This document shows positions 8,301 to 14,264 of a stretch of DNA of 24,301 nucleotides, one piece after another (positions within the stretch are counted from its first letter, which is position 1; every line of letters starts with the position of its first letter). Source of the stretch: Minisyncoccia bacterium (GTDB lineage Bacteria; Patescibacteriota; Minisyncoccia; Phycocordibacterales; UBA918); the NCBI GenBank assembly GCA_041752435.1, contig JBGSWM010000031.1, positions 1 to 24,301 of the forward strand. Reading direction: 5' to 3'. The translations under genes and the position numbers were made by a program. The notes beneath the pieces are model-generated. The model saw only the letters and a program-made list of their open reading frames with translations, was not told the origin of the DNA and did no database searches.

Positions 8301-9624
8301 TGGCACAGCAGCCGGTAAGGTCGATTTGGTACCAACTTATACGGATGGATTTGCGACGGTAGTAATTGATGTCACTAGTGATTTTGAAAGCGAAGACACC
8401 TTAATAATTAGCGGTCTAACGGCCACCAGTTTTTCGTCCGTATCAACTACAACATCCGCACTGGCTCTACATCTAGATGGTGACAGTGTCGGTTCACCAA
8501 TCGCTACTTCAACTGAGACTTTTCGGATCACTGGTTTACTGTCTGTGGTTGACCATGACGCTGGGCAAACCGATAATCAATTTAGTTGGCAAAATCAGGA
8601 CGACGTAACACTCTTCTCGTTTAGCCTAGAGGCTACGGGTGAGACGGCGACTGTGACGGATATGGTGGTAACTCTCAGTGGTCTACAAAAGATCGACGGG
8701 ACAAATATCTCTGACTTTAAGCTCTATGAAGACATAAACAGTGATGGCGAACTCGATGGTGGAGACGCCTTAATCGAGAGTGGTGGCATCCTAAATATTA
8801 ATGGACAGTACGGAGCTATCACTTTCAGTACCGATGTCTTGGCCACTACTACGACTAACTACATTGTAACTGGTGATACCACGGCGATCACAAACGGAGC
8901 CGCTGTCTACTTCTCGCTACCGGCTTTGGGAGTGTCGGCGACTGGTTCAATCTCAGGCTCAGACATCACGGTGTTGAGTACCGTGACTAACATTCAGCAT
9001 CTACGTAATAACAGTAGTGGCGGTGGTTCAAGCCAAATCGGTGGCGCGACGCCACCGGGAGCTACGACCGAGACGGGCGGGGGAAGCGGTGGTGGTGATG
9101 AGGTGGGGCAGGAAACAGATGGTGACAATATTGCTCCGGATGCCGACTTCTACGCTCCGACCGGTACAAGTACCCCAAATCAGTGGACTAATCCAGAGAA
9201 TGTCTATGCTTCTGATGGTTTGGCGGCCACGGCGGCGACGAATAATTATGAGCAGACCTTTATCAACTTTGGCTTCAATATCCCGGGCAGCAACGTCATT
9301 GATGGTATTAGTGTCAAGCTCGATGCGTCTGGTTCAACGGCGGCAGGGACAATCGATGTCGCTCTGTCTTGGAACGGGGGAAGTTCATTTACTTCGGCTA
9401 AAGCCACCCCAACGCTAAGTGATAGCGATGTGGTGTACACGGTTGGTGGTGGAGCGGATACTTGGGGCCGCAGCTGGTCGGCGGGTGAGTTTGCTCCGAG
9501 CGAGTTTATCCTTCGGGTGACAGCCAATACGAGCAGCAACACGCTACTTCTAGACGCCCTTGAGGTACGTGTCTTCCACCGCGCCGCTGGTGGAGGTGGC
9601 GGGGGTGGGGGAGGAATAATCTAG
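2395..9624 (+). CDS. Giant (2409 aa) exported surface protein/putative adhesin. Beta-solenoid-like scaffold with three inserted beta-propellers, a Ca-binding-like DxNxDG motif and a Gly-rich C-terminus.
   Basis: Uninterrupted ORF. Basic n-region, hydrophobic stretch and AEA|A signal-peptidase-like site near aa 50. T/S/G-rich, with recurring GDF.N.G.F...GT..FSG units and internal repeats. DINSDGELDGGD motif near the C-terminus; ends AAGGGGGGGGGII*. Confidence 0.85.
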   Translation: MTKNSYQTKYNERKTGSESRFFGVLLPSFLLAILCLAIFLLPALAPQAEAAIGTGGALCTAQSKSAGTSLSCSPTLESFNVGNIAVMIFAGNNTATVDGNDGLLSSVTDDKGNTWTVQRCFTNSRGSAGAGATTCIATAKITTELATSAGNNITANFSSITAKSMVVKEFTVDSGNTLEIAGTPQDDARLTDPINLTITGLTSGEYLFLRSVAIERTAPGAWTSTAGFSSTTCNGTSNGLNASNMEVCGEYVIESSSTGTSSNPTASGNDNASIFVALSEVIIPDYSLGGSIYSDAGINKATGTKTVKIVIATTTTSVFSTTSDALGNWSLPITDFSAITTGTKVLVYVDGETNFKASTFTKLADNTTSVTNLDLYHNRAILRDEIDTATTTTLGELTFYDGADDSDIRYIFSGTSSMNVLSGTELYIKAGTTFSPEGTVTVEGNGLANSTDGSLYVGGVYTPSGTTTLAGNLVFASSSTYYTNVEGFVFTATTTGKYVYAPSSTSLGPIVFNGVGGGWLMATAAEVSDFTITNGTVVGPIGTLTISGDFINNGTYIEQGGELVFSGADLTLSGEGNFGNLTLAAAAAADLDLITHADFNVSVVAVDQVNGIVYFGTGIEGSPTEFASIYRCDLTTACDASGDFSEVFTASADRAISALVIDEINARLYLGTGSGEGAIYGCNLSSDCNASGDFVLAYDTTESVISSFLIDDVNQVLYVGTESGGIIYRCLLSTGCDASGDFTTAYDTTETSIESMVIDVERGILFVGTSPSGIIYRCLLSTGCDASGDFTTAYDTAENAIESMVIDTSKDRLYAGGSGDLFVCSLSSLCDVSGDFANPDLSGADLNYQSMVVAPAGVLFIGEVDLVRYVDVATSSLTVLDDISVQNLTIGTYASATLPASMTVGGSYTNNGTVTAAGTTTFSGFTQVATGTLTGTSALGGVTFSGLANFQSGNATSTFTETGVIWDTGSSSDELIGNVVDETTLYTVGFCTGCGSAGGEAILVAAYDKNSGALLWSTTTDPSTGDDRGTGIAVDNTYAYVWGEWFDGADDALYLMALNKSTGDFVWSTSQDPSSGTDIGASIVVDGDYLYANGACATCGAGSSATFYTAQFTKDNGTLLWSTTTDPSSSLDIATGIYTDERYVYTMGYCIGCGDKALAAVYTIALVKETGALVWQKYADPTFLNDLGYRITGDEDTVYVTAYCFGCNSSNKFAYYTIAYDKVNGTERWATTTDPGEDDRARGIAVDDEYVYLSGYCTNCVVVSSTAIYVLVLDKATGAFVQSASTSAAIGESRGEAMAYDGHYLYVSGVCVDCGQYEGEAAYTVKFDKTNLALVTGDSSLTFGANASTSALTIAAISTNIVSASDHLSVAGDFYNENIFSAPSGNFIVGGNFTNYGNFSANDGVVKIDSAYEQIIEIDSTASSTFYDISLSGPGQKTFASIFTTAYDSSETSISSLAIDAANGVLYAGGSGSSIIYRCLLTTGCDASEDFTTAYDTSESSVDSLVIDSTNGVLYAGTGRSFGDGGIIYRCLLSTGCDASGDFAVAYNTTQAYIYSLAIDATNGVLYAGTYSGGIIYRCLLSTGCDASGDFTTAYDTSETYIHSLAIDATNNVLYAGSGNSGIIYRCLLSTGCDASGDFTTAYDTSEASIYSLIVDSVNGTLYVGGGSGIIYRCLLSTECDGSRALTEVYDNALGININNFTIDSLGSTLYAGVSGGNTYRFQNGFDFGTSATTSDLVIAEGHAMVAPIEIEITGDYINEGFFNAGGGTTTFSGTGEQTATGTMTGTSAFANLAITNTAATTTFGSALTVSDTLTAFPGTKIALQSGATTTVANLNLAGSSTSPVTFGATETTSPANFVLTGSSAVTYTTIQNNHACGSTGGVIDVLLGNNTDGGDTECWIIVPSNPQIAMTESQTFFIGQTATPLNVITVYDAINPVITAVDDIRITIATSTTNFLWADTGFTFLNISGTAAGKVDLVPTYTDGFATVVIDVTSDFESEDTLIISGLTATSFSSVSTTTSALALHLDGDSVGSPIATSTETFRITGLLSVVDHDAGQTDNQFSWQNQDDVTLFSFSLEATGETATVTDMVVTLSGLQKIDGTNISDFKLYEDINSDGELDGGDALIESGGILNINGQYGAITFSTDVLATTTTNYIVTGDTTAITNGAAVYFSLPALGVSATGSISGSDITVLSTVTNIQHLRNNSSGGGSSQIGGATPPGATTETGGGSGGGDEVGQETDGDNIAPDADFYAPTGTSTPNQWTNPENVYASDGLAATAATNNYEQTFINFGFNIPGSNVIDGISVKLDASGSTAAGTIDVALSWNGGSSFTSAKATPTLSDSDVVYTVGGGADTWGRSWSAGEFAPSEFILRVTANTSSNTLLLDALEVRVFHRAAGGGGGGGGGII
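4189..5007 (+). repeat. Intragenic ~48-aa repeat cluster 1 (about six propeller-like blades, five with C-x5-C)
   Basis: Consensus I.S..ID....LY.G....IYRC.L...CDASGDF..AYDT.E; near-identical DNA copies begin at about 4567 and 4711. Confidence 0.85.
5311..6381 (+). repeat. Intragenic PQQ-like propeller repeat (seven blades, six with CxxC)
   Basis: Repeating D..G.A..D..Y.Y..G.CxxC......Y.....K..G..W.T.TDP; CTGC, CATC, CIGC, CFGC, CTNC, CVDC at equivalent positions. Confidence 0.8.
6721..7560 (+). repeat. Intragenic ~48-aa repeat cluster 2 (about six blades, five with C-x5-C)
   Basis: Same consensus as cluster 1. A 76-bp perfect direct repeat at 7112-7187 and 7256-7331 gives a 144-bp period. 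Confidence 0.88.
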
Positions 9625-9686
9625 GGGAATCTTGGGGGTGAAGAGGTAAGATGTAGTTCTTTCGCGCTCCCTGATGTCGCTTGTCA

Positions 9687-9736
9687 GGACACATAGACTA
9701 TTTTCTCCCCGTGAGGTCGAAACTAGTCTTGTGTCC
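9687..9736. other. Long imperfect intergenic hairpin
   Basis: ggacaca (9687-93) pairs with tgtgtcc (9730-36); agacta (9695-9700) pairs with tagtct (9724-29); tttc/gaaa continues the stem. Confidence 0.55.
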
Positions 9737-9738
9737 GG

Positions 9739-9815
9739 TCCAGCGATTTGCCCTAGGACGGGGCAAATCGGGACGTAACTTCGCAATAATCGCTACGCTC
9801 ATTTGCTCATTTATC
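9739..9815. repeat. Structured intergenic repeat, copy 1 (77 bp)
   Basis: 67/77 identical to 9884-9960. Stem cgatttgccc/gggcaaatcg; 32-nt core ttcgcaataatcgctacgctcatttgctcatt at 9780-9811. Confidence 0.9.
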
Positions 9816-9883
9816 CCTTGGGGGTCGAATCCAGCTAAGCGCGCATCATCACATCGGTGTATATATGTAGTTTGACCGCGTGT

Positions 9884-9960
9884 TCCAGCGATTTGGTCTA
9901 GGAATGACCAAATCGGGAACTAAATTCGCAATAATCGCTACGCTCATTTGCTCATTCATC
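9884..9960. repeat. Structured intergenic repeat, copy 2 (77 bp)
   Basis: Stem cgatttggtc/gaccaaatcg; identical 32-nt core at 9925-9956; 145 bp offset from copy 1. Confidence 0.9.
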
Positions 9961-10056
9961 TGCTTAAGTTATACACAAATAGAAGAAGAAAAGTAGTAAA
10001 AATCAGTTTATTTTTGCTAAAATTACAGTTAGAAATTAATTATTAAAAAACAGAGT

Positions 10057-10758
10057 ATGAACACACAAAATATTATTAAAGCCTCAAGTCAAGCCTTCAT
10101 AGCGGCTGTCTTGGCGGTGCTGTTGGCGGCTGGCAGTTTCTTCTTGATTGAACCACAGGTCGGACAGGCGGTTACGAGCGGTCCGTTCACCATCACGACT
10201 ACTATCACTGACGAAATTTCTTTCTTGGTGGGAGCAGCTAATGTGACTGCCACGGGTAGTATCAACGGTATTACTGGTGGTCAGGCCAATGGATCTACTA
10301 CCGTATCAGTCCGGACCAACAGTAATACTGGCTACACTATGTCCATTGCTTTCTATAACAATGGAACTGACAACGCTATGCTCGGTAACAATTCGCTCAG
10401 TCAATCTATCCGTGACTACCCAGCCTCTAGTACTGAGCCAACCTATCTCTTTGACACCTCAAGTACATCAGCGGTCTTTGCTTACACTGTTAGTGCTCTA
10501 GACGATACAGATATCGCTCGCGCTTTCTTGGATAATGGTATCGGTGCCTGTAATGAACTAGCCGGGGCTTATACAGCAGATCGTTGTTGGATGGAACCGC
10601 AGGTGGCGGGCTATGAGATTATCGATCGAACTTCGTCAGCTCCAACCGGTGCTACAAGTACCATCAGTTTCCGTATCCTCGTTCCAAATAACCCAGTACC
10701 AGGACTAGTAGCTGACGTTTATACGGCTACTGCAACCTTGACGGCGGTTAACCAATAG
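10057..10758 (+). CDS. Secreted beta-sandwich subunit, WxL-/pilin-like (putative major subunit)
   Basis: Signal peptide ending GQA|V; motif STTVSVRTNSNTGYTMSI; one Cys pair (C-x11-CW); C-terminal strand YTATATLTA; no anchor. Paralogous to 11849..12619. Confidence 0.6.
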   Translation: MNTQNIIKASSQAFIAAVLAVLLAAGSFFLIEPQVGQAVTSGPFTITTTITDEISFLVGAANVTATGSINGITGGQANGSTTVSVRTNSNTGYTMSIAFYNNGTDNAMLGNNSLSQSIRDYPASSTEPTYLFDTSSTSAVFAYTVSALDDTDIARAFLDNGIGACNELAGAYTADRCWMEPQVAGYEIIDRTSSAPTGATSTISFRILVPNNPVPGLVADVYTATATLTAVNQ

Positions 10759-10777
10759 AGGTATTGTAGTCAAAACT

Positions 10778-11839
10778 ATGACTACAAAGTGTGTTCAAAC
10801 AGCTCTGTTGAAATTGCTTATAACCTTAGCCAGCTTTATTTTGCTGGCTAATGTTGTTTTAGCTCAGGGAAATACCCCTGAAGCGTCAGCAGAAATCGCG
10901 ACGACGAGTGTAGAAGCTAGTGTACCGGTGGTGGTTGAGGCCGCGCCTTGGTTTCAGGTTGAGCAACTAATTGGTGACAACCAGGCGGTGGGCGACTTCG
11001 TGGTCGGTCCGGGACGAGCGGAGATTGAGGTCTTGCCGGGACAGACAGTGACCTATGAAATATCAATATCAAATCGGATTAGTGATGGTCGGACTTTTGA
11101 GTTGTCGGTTGAGGACGTGGCTGGTTCGGCTGATGGTTCACAGGCCGTAGTCTTGCTGGGCGAAAGTCGTGGGCCGTACACGGTTAAGGACTACATCAGT
11201 TTTCCGAGTAATACCTTTAAGTTGGACTTGGGGGAGAGAGCGCGTATTCCGGTAACTATTTCTATTCCGCCTGACGCTGAGCCGGGTGGCTTCTATGGCA
11301 GTGTGCTCGTCTCTACCCTTAAGGAGGAGGAAGAAATTGCGGCCAACGCTATTTCTCGGTCACCAATTATTGCTCGAATCGGTACTTTGTTTTTCATTAC
11401 GGTACCTGGTGAGGTACAGAGGAGCGGTCAGGTCAAAGACCTCTCGCTTCTAAACGATCAGTGGTGGTATGAGTCGGGTCCGATTAGTCTTGCTGTTACC
11501 TATGAAAACACCGGATCAGTCCACCTAAATCCTTATGGTGAATTGCGTATCAAAAACTTTTTTAAGGAAGAGGTAGGTTTTCTGGAACTAGAACCATGGT
11601 TTGCTTTACCGAAGTCACTACGTTCGCGGGAAGTGCGGTGGGATAGAGAGTTTTTGTTTGGTCGCTATGTGGCCACGGTTTACATCAACCGAGGCTATGA
11701 TGATGTGGTTGATGAAAAGTCGATAGTTTTTTGGGTATTGCCGTGGAAGATTGTGGGCGGAATCTTCCTGATAGTTTTCTTATTTGTTTTCTCGATTAGA
11801 GCCTTCTTCAAGAATTTTGAGTTTAAACGTAAAACGTAG
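10778..11839 (+). CDS. Membrane-anchored DUF916/DUF3324-like (WxL-interacting / chaperone-like) protein
   Basis: Signal peptide; IPVTISIPPDAEPGGFYGSVL and YENTGSVHLNPYGELRIKN motifs typical of DUF916/DUF3324-type proteins; VLPW followed by a C-terminal TM helix and basic tail (FKRKT). Confidence 0.65.
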   Translation: MTTKCVQTALLKLLITLASFILLANVVLAQGNTPEASAEIATTSVEASVPVVVEAAPWFQVEQLIGDNQAVGDFVVGPGRAEIEVLPGQTVTYEISISNRISDGRTFELSVEDVAGSADGSQAVVLLGESRGPYTVKDYISFPSNTFKLDLGERARIPVTISIPPDAEPGGFYGSVLVSTLKEEEEIAANAISRSPIIARIGTLFFITVPGEVQRSGQVKDLSLLNDQWWYESGPISLAVTYENTGSVHLNPYGELRIKNFFKEEVGFLELEPWFALPKSLRSREVRWDREFLFGRYVATVYINRGYDDVVDEKSIVFWVLPWKIVGGIFLIVFLFVFSIRAFFKNFEFKRKT

Positions 11840-11848
11840 TTACAGTTT

Positions 11849-12619
11849 ATGGTCCCTTGTTCTTTCATCCGCCTGACTCTTCAATCCCTGGTCACGACCG
11901 GACTGCTCTTGCTGATGATAGTTGTCAGTGAAGCTCAGGTAAGGAGTAGTTCAAACTACCGACTGGAGAGTGATAGCGTCAACTTCGGTGGTGGACTAGC
12001 GACTTCTACTAACTACAGCCTGGAGAGTACGGCTGGTGAGATAGCGACTGGTCCTTCTGACAGTGCTACTTATAGTTTGCGAGCTGGCTACCAACAAATG
12101 CAAGAAGTTTTCATTAGTCTGACCGCCCCGGCTGATGTAATAATGACACCAAACATTGGCGGTATCACGGGCGGTACGGCTAATGGATCAACTAGCGTGC
12201 TAGTGTTGACCGATAGCCCCAGTGGCTACGCCTTAACCTTGGTAGCTGAAAGTGCTCCGGCGATGCAGCGATTTGATGGGGAGAGTATTGCCAATTACGC
12301 ACCACAAGCTGCCCCTAATACTGATCCAACTTTTTTGACGACGGCGAGTGACGCGCATTTTGGCTTTAATCCTGAGGGTGATGATGTAGTTTTACGTTAT
12401 CTAAACAATACTACTTTGTGTGGTGTCGGAAGCAATAGCACCGCCTTGATGTGTTGGGATGGAGTCTCGACTACGCCGCAGACGATTGCTAGCGGCGCTG
12501 CCAACCAGCCGTCGGGTGCGACGACGACTTTATATTTCCGAGTCGGGGTAGGAGGTTCGGTAGTGGTACCGGCTGGTACCTATGTAGCAACCACGACCCT
12601 AACCGCCCTGCCACTATGA
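11849..12619 (+). CDS. Secreted WxL-/pilin-like subunit with an N-terminal S-x-N-Y repeat extension (putative minor subunit)
   Basis: Signal peptide (SEA|Q). Shares I.GITGG.ANGST.V.V.T...GY, C-x10-CW, P.GAT.T..FR..V and Y.AT.TLTA with 10057..10758. Ends in TGA overlapping the next ATG. Confidence 0.6.
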   Translation: MVPCSFIRLTLQSLVTTGLLLLMIVVSEAQVRSSSNYRLESDSVNFGGGLATSTNYSLESTAGEIATGPSDSATYSLRAGYQQMQEVFISLTAPADVIMTPNIGGITGGTANGSTSVLVLTDSPSGYALTLVAESAPAMQRFDGESIANYAPQAAPNTDPTFLTTASDAHFGFNPEGDDVVLRYLNNTTLCGVGSNSTALMCWDGVSTTPQTIASGAANQPSGATTTLYFRVGVGGSVVVPAGTYVATTTLTALPL

Positions 12620-14199
12620 GTTCGGGCCTAAACAGAGTAATTATTTGTTTGGCGCTACTTTTTTTACCGAGTCTGACCCTGGCGGCAACGGATGATTTTA
12701 CAATTAGAGCTTTTGTGGGAGATGATGTGACTGCACCGACCGTACCAGTGTTGGAGTCCGTGGTACCGATCGCCTCATCACAGATCGATATTGCCTGGAG
12801 CACTTCAACCGACGATTGGATTTTTGGTGGTTATGTTTTGTGGCGAGACAATTTGCCGATTGCTACTACTACACTGACGAGCTACAGTGATACTGGGCTG
12901 ACGCCAGAGACTTTGTATGCGTATACGGTCTATGCATTTGATGAAGCGGGTAATATTTCGGCCACCTCAAGTACTTTGTCTACGACAACTCTTGGTGTGC
13001 CGGTGGTGGCGACCAGTACACCACCAGTCGATAGTCCCCCCTCTGGGACCAGGGTGGTGACGCTCAAAAGTTTTTTGCTGGAGGAAGATAAGACTTTTGC
13101 CTGGCTGACTTGGGAGACAAATATGGCTTCCCGCTTTTCACTGCGCTGGGGTCGAACCGATGCTTATACCGGAGGCTATATAGAGAACGAAACTTACTTG
13201 ATGGGACATCGGACAAAAATTTCTGACCTGGAACCAGGTACGGTGTATCAGTATGAGTTAATCGGCTACACGCCAACAGGTATTGCTGTTAGCTTAAAAA
13301 AAGGCGATTTTACCACTCTCAGTCAAGATATAAATCGAGTGGTGCCAAACGTCGAACGACTAACGGCAGCGGTGGAAGGGGATGATGTGGTTTTGAATTA
13401 TATTATCCCGCCAACTGAAGTCGGGGCAAGGGTACGGATTGTGCGTAGTCATCTTGGTTACCCGACCGACTTATCTGACGGGGCGATTATCTATGAGGGG
13501 GCAGCCAGTACTTGGCGCGACCCGGGGGCGCTAGTTAATTATGAAAAACAGTACTACACAGTTTTTTTGCTAGGCAGTGACGGTAGTGTATCCTCTGGCG
13601 CGGTGGTGGTGGCGTTAAAGTTGGGGGTGGTGGGTATCCCGGGTGAGCCAGGCAAGTCAGTCGCTACTTCAACTGAACCTGGTTTAAACCAGCCCCCAGA
13701 AATAATTCTCAGCCGACTGACGGAAAATAACATCATCATCAAGCAGGGTGGAAAACAATTTTCATTTATTGATGAAAGTATAAGCTTATCTTACTCTCAA
13801 CCTTTTACTATTTTAATTCCCAAGACGGCTTTACCGGAACATCTAAAGTCAATTATTGTTACCTTGCTTGATCCGACCGATCAGCGTCGTAGCTACACTT
13901 TTTTACTCCGAATAAACAAATCCGGTACTGCCTATGAAGCCACTATTTCCGCCCTTGATGTAGTCGGTGTGTCGCGACTGCAGATAGAAGTCTATGACTT
14001 CAAACAGTTGGTGATTGGTCGCTATCGTAAACAAATAGATTTTGTTCGGGAAGAAAAGGTCGAAGCTGAAGTGGTCTTTCCTGATTTACTAATTGAACCA
14101 TTAAAAGTAACGGGGGTGATTACTCTTGGACTAGTCGGTCTCGGCTTTATTGGTTGGTTTCTGTTTATTTGGCGTCGTCGGGCTGAGGATAAGAACTAG
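12616..14199 (+). CDS. Membrane-anchored fibronectin type III repeat protein
   Basis: Signal peptide; Fn3 signatures (PTVPVLESVVPIASSQIDIAWSTSTD..GY..LTPETLYAYTVYAFDEAGN; ISDLEPGTVYQYEL); C-terminal TM helix plus RRRAEDKN; ATGA overlap with the upstream gene. Confidence 0.8.
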   Translation: MSSGLNRVIICLALLFLPSLTLAATDDFTIRAFVGDDVTAPTVPVLESVVPIASSQIDIAWSTSTDDWIFGGYVLWRDNLPIATTTLTSYSDTGLTPETLYAYTVYAFDEAGNISATSSTLSTTTLGVPVVATSTPPVDSPPSGTRVVTLKSFLLEEDKTFAWLTWETNMASRFSLRWGRTDAYTGGYIENETYLMGHRTKISDLEPGTVYQYELIGYTPTGIAVSLKKGDFTTLSQDINRVVPNVERLTAAVEGDDVVLNYIIPPTEVGARVRIVRSHLGYPTDLSDGAIIYEGAASTWRDPGALVNYEKQYYTVFLLGSDGSVSSGAVVVALKLGVVGIPGEPGKSVATSTEPGLNQPPEIILSRLTENNIIIKQGGKQFSFIDESISLSYSQPFTILIPKTALPEHLKSIIVTLLDPTDQRRSYTFLLRINKSGTAYEATISALDVVGVSRLQIEVYDFKQLVIGRYRKQIDFVREEKVEAEVVFPDLLIEPLKVTGVITLGLVGLGFIGWFLFIWRRRAEDKN

Positions 14200-14264
14200 T
14201 GTCCTTTTCTGCGTTTATCGCTATAGTATAAGTAGTTATAATTTAGTATAGACTTTAGAAATAT

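Noticed and set aside
9655-9850. Complete or intron-split tRNA gene
   Set aside because: No D-arm or anticodon arm could be folded. The gcgctcc at 9664 pairs only 5 of 7 with the putative acceptor 3' strand.
170-9875. Antisense and alternate-frame ORFs over the fibre and giant genes (e.g. 170..532, 833..1468, 2532..3242, 6938..7357, 9017..9418, 9681..9875)
   Set aside because: Shadow ORFs of long low-complexity genes, with Ser-rich or featureless translations and no recognisable motif or start context.
9739-9960. CRISPR array
   Set aside because: Only two units, 77 bp long with a 68-bp gap, and no cas genes. This does not fit CRISPR repeat/spacer geometry.
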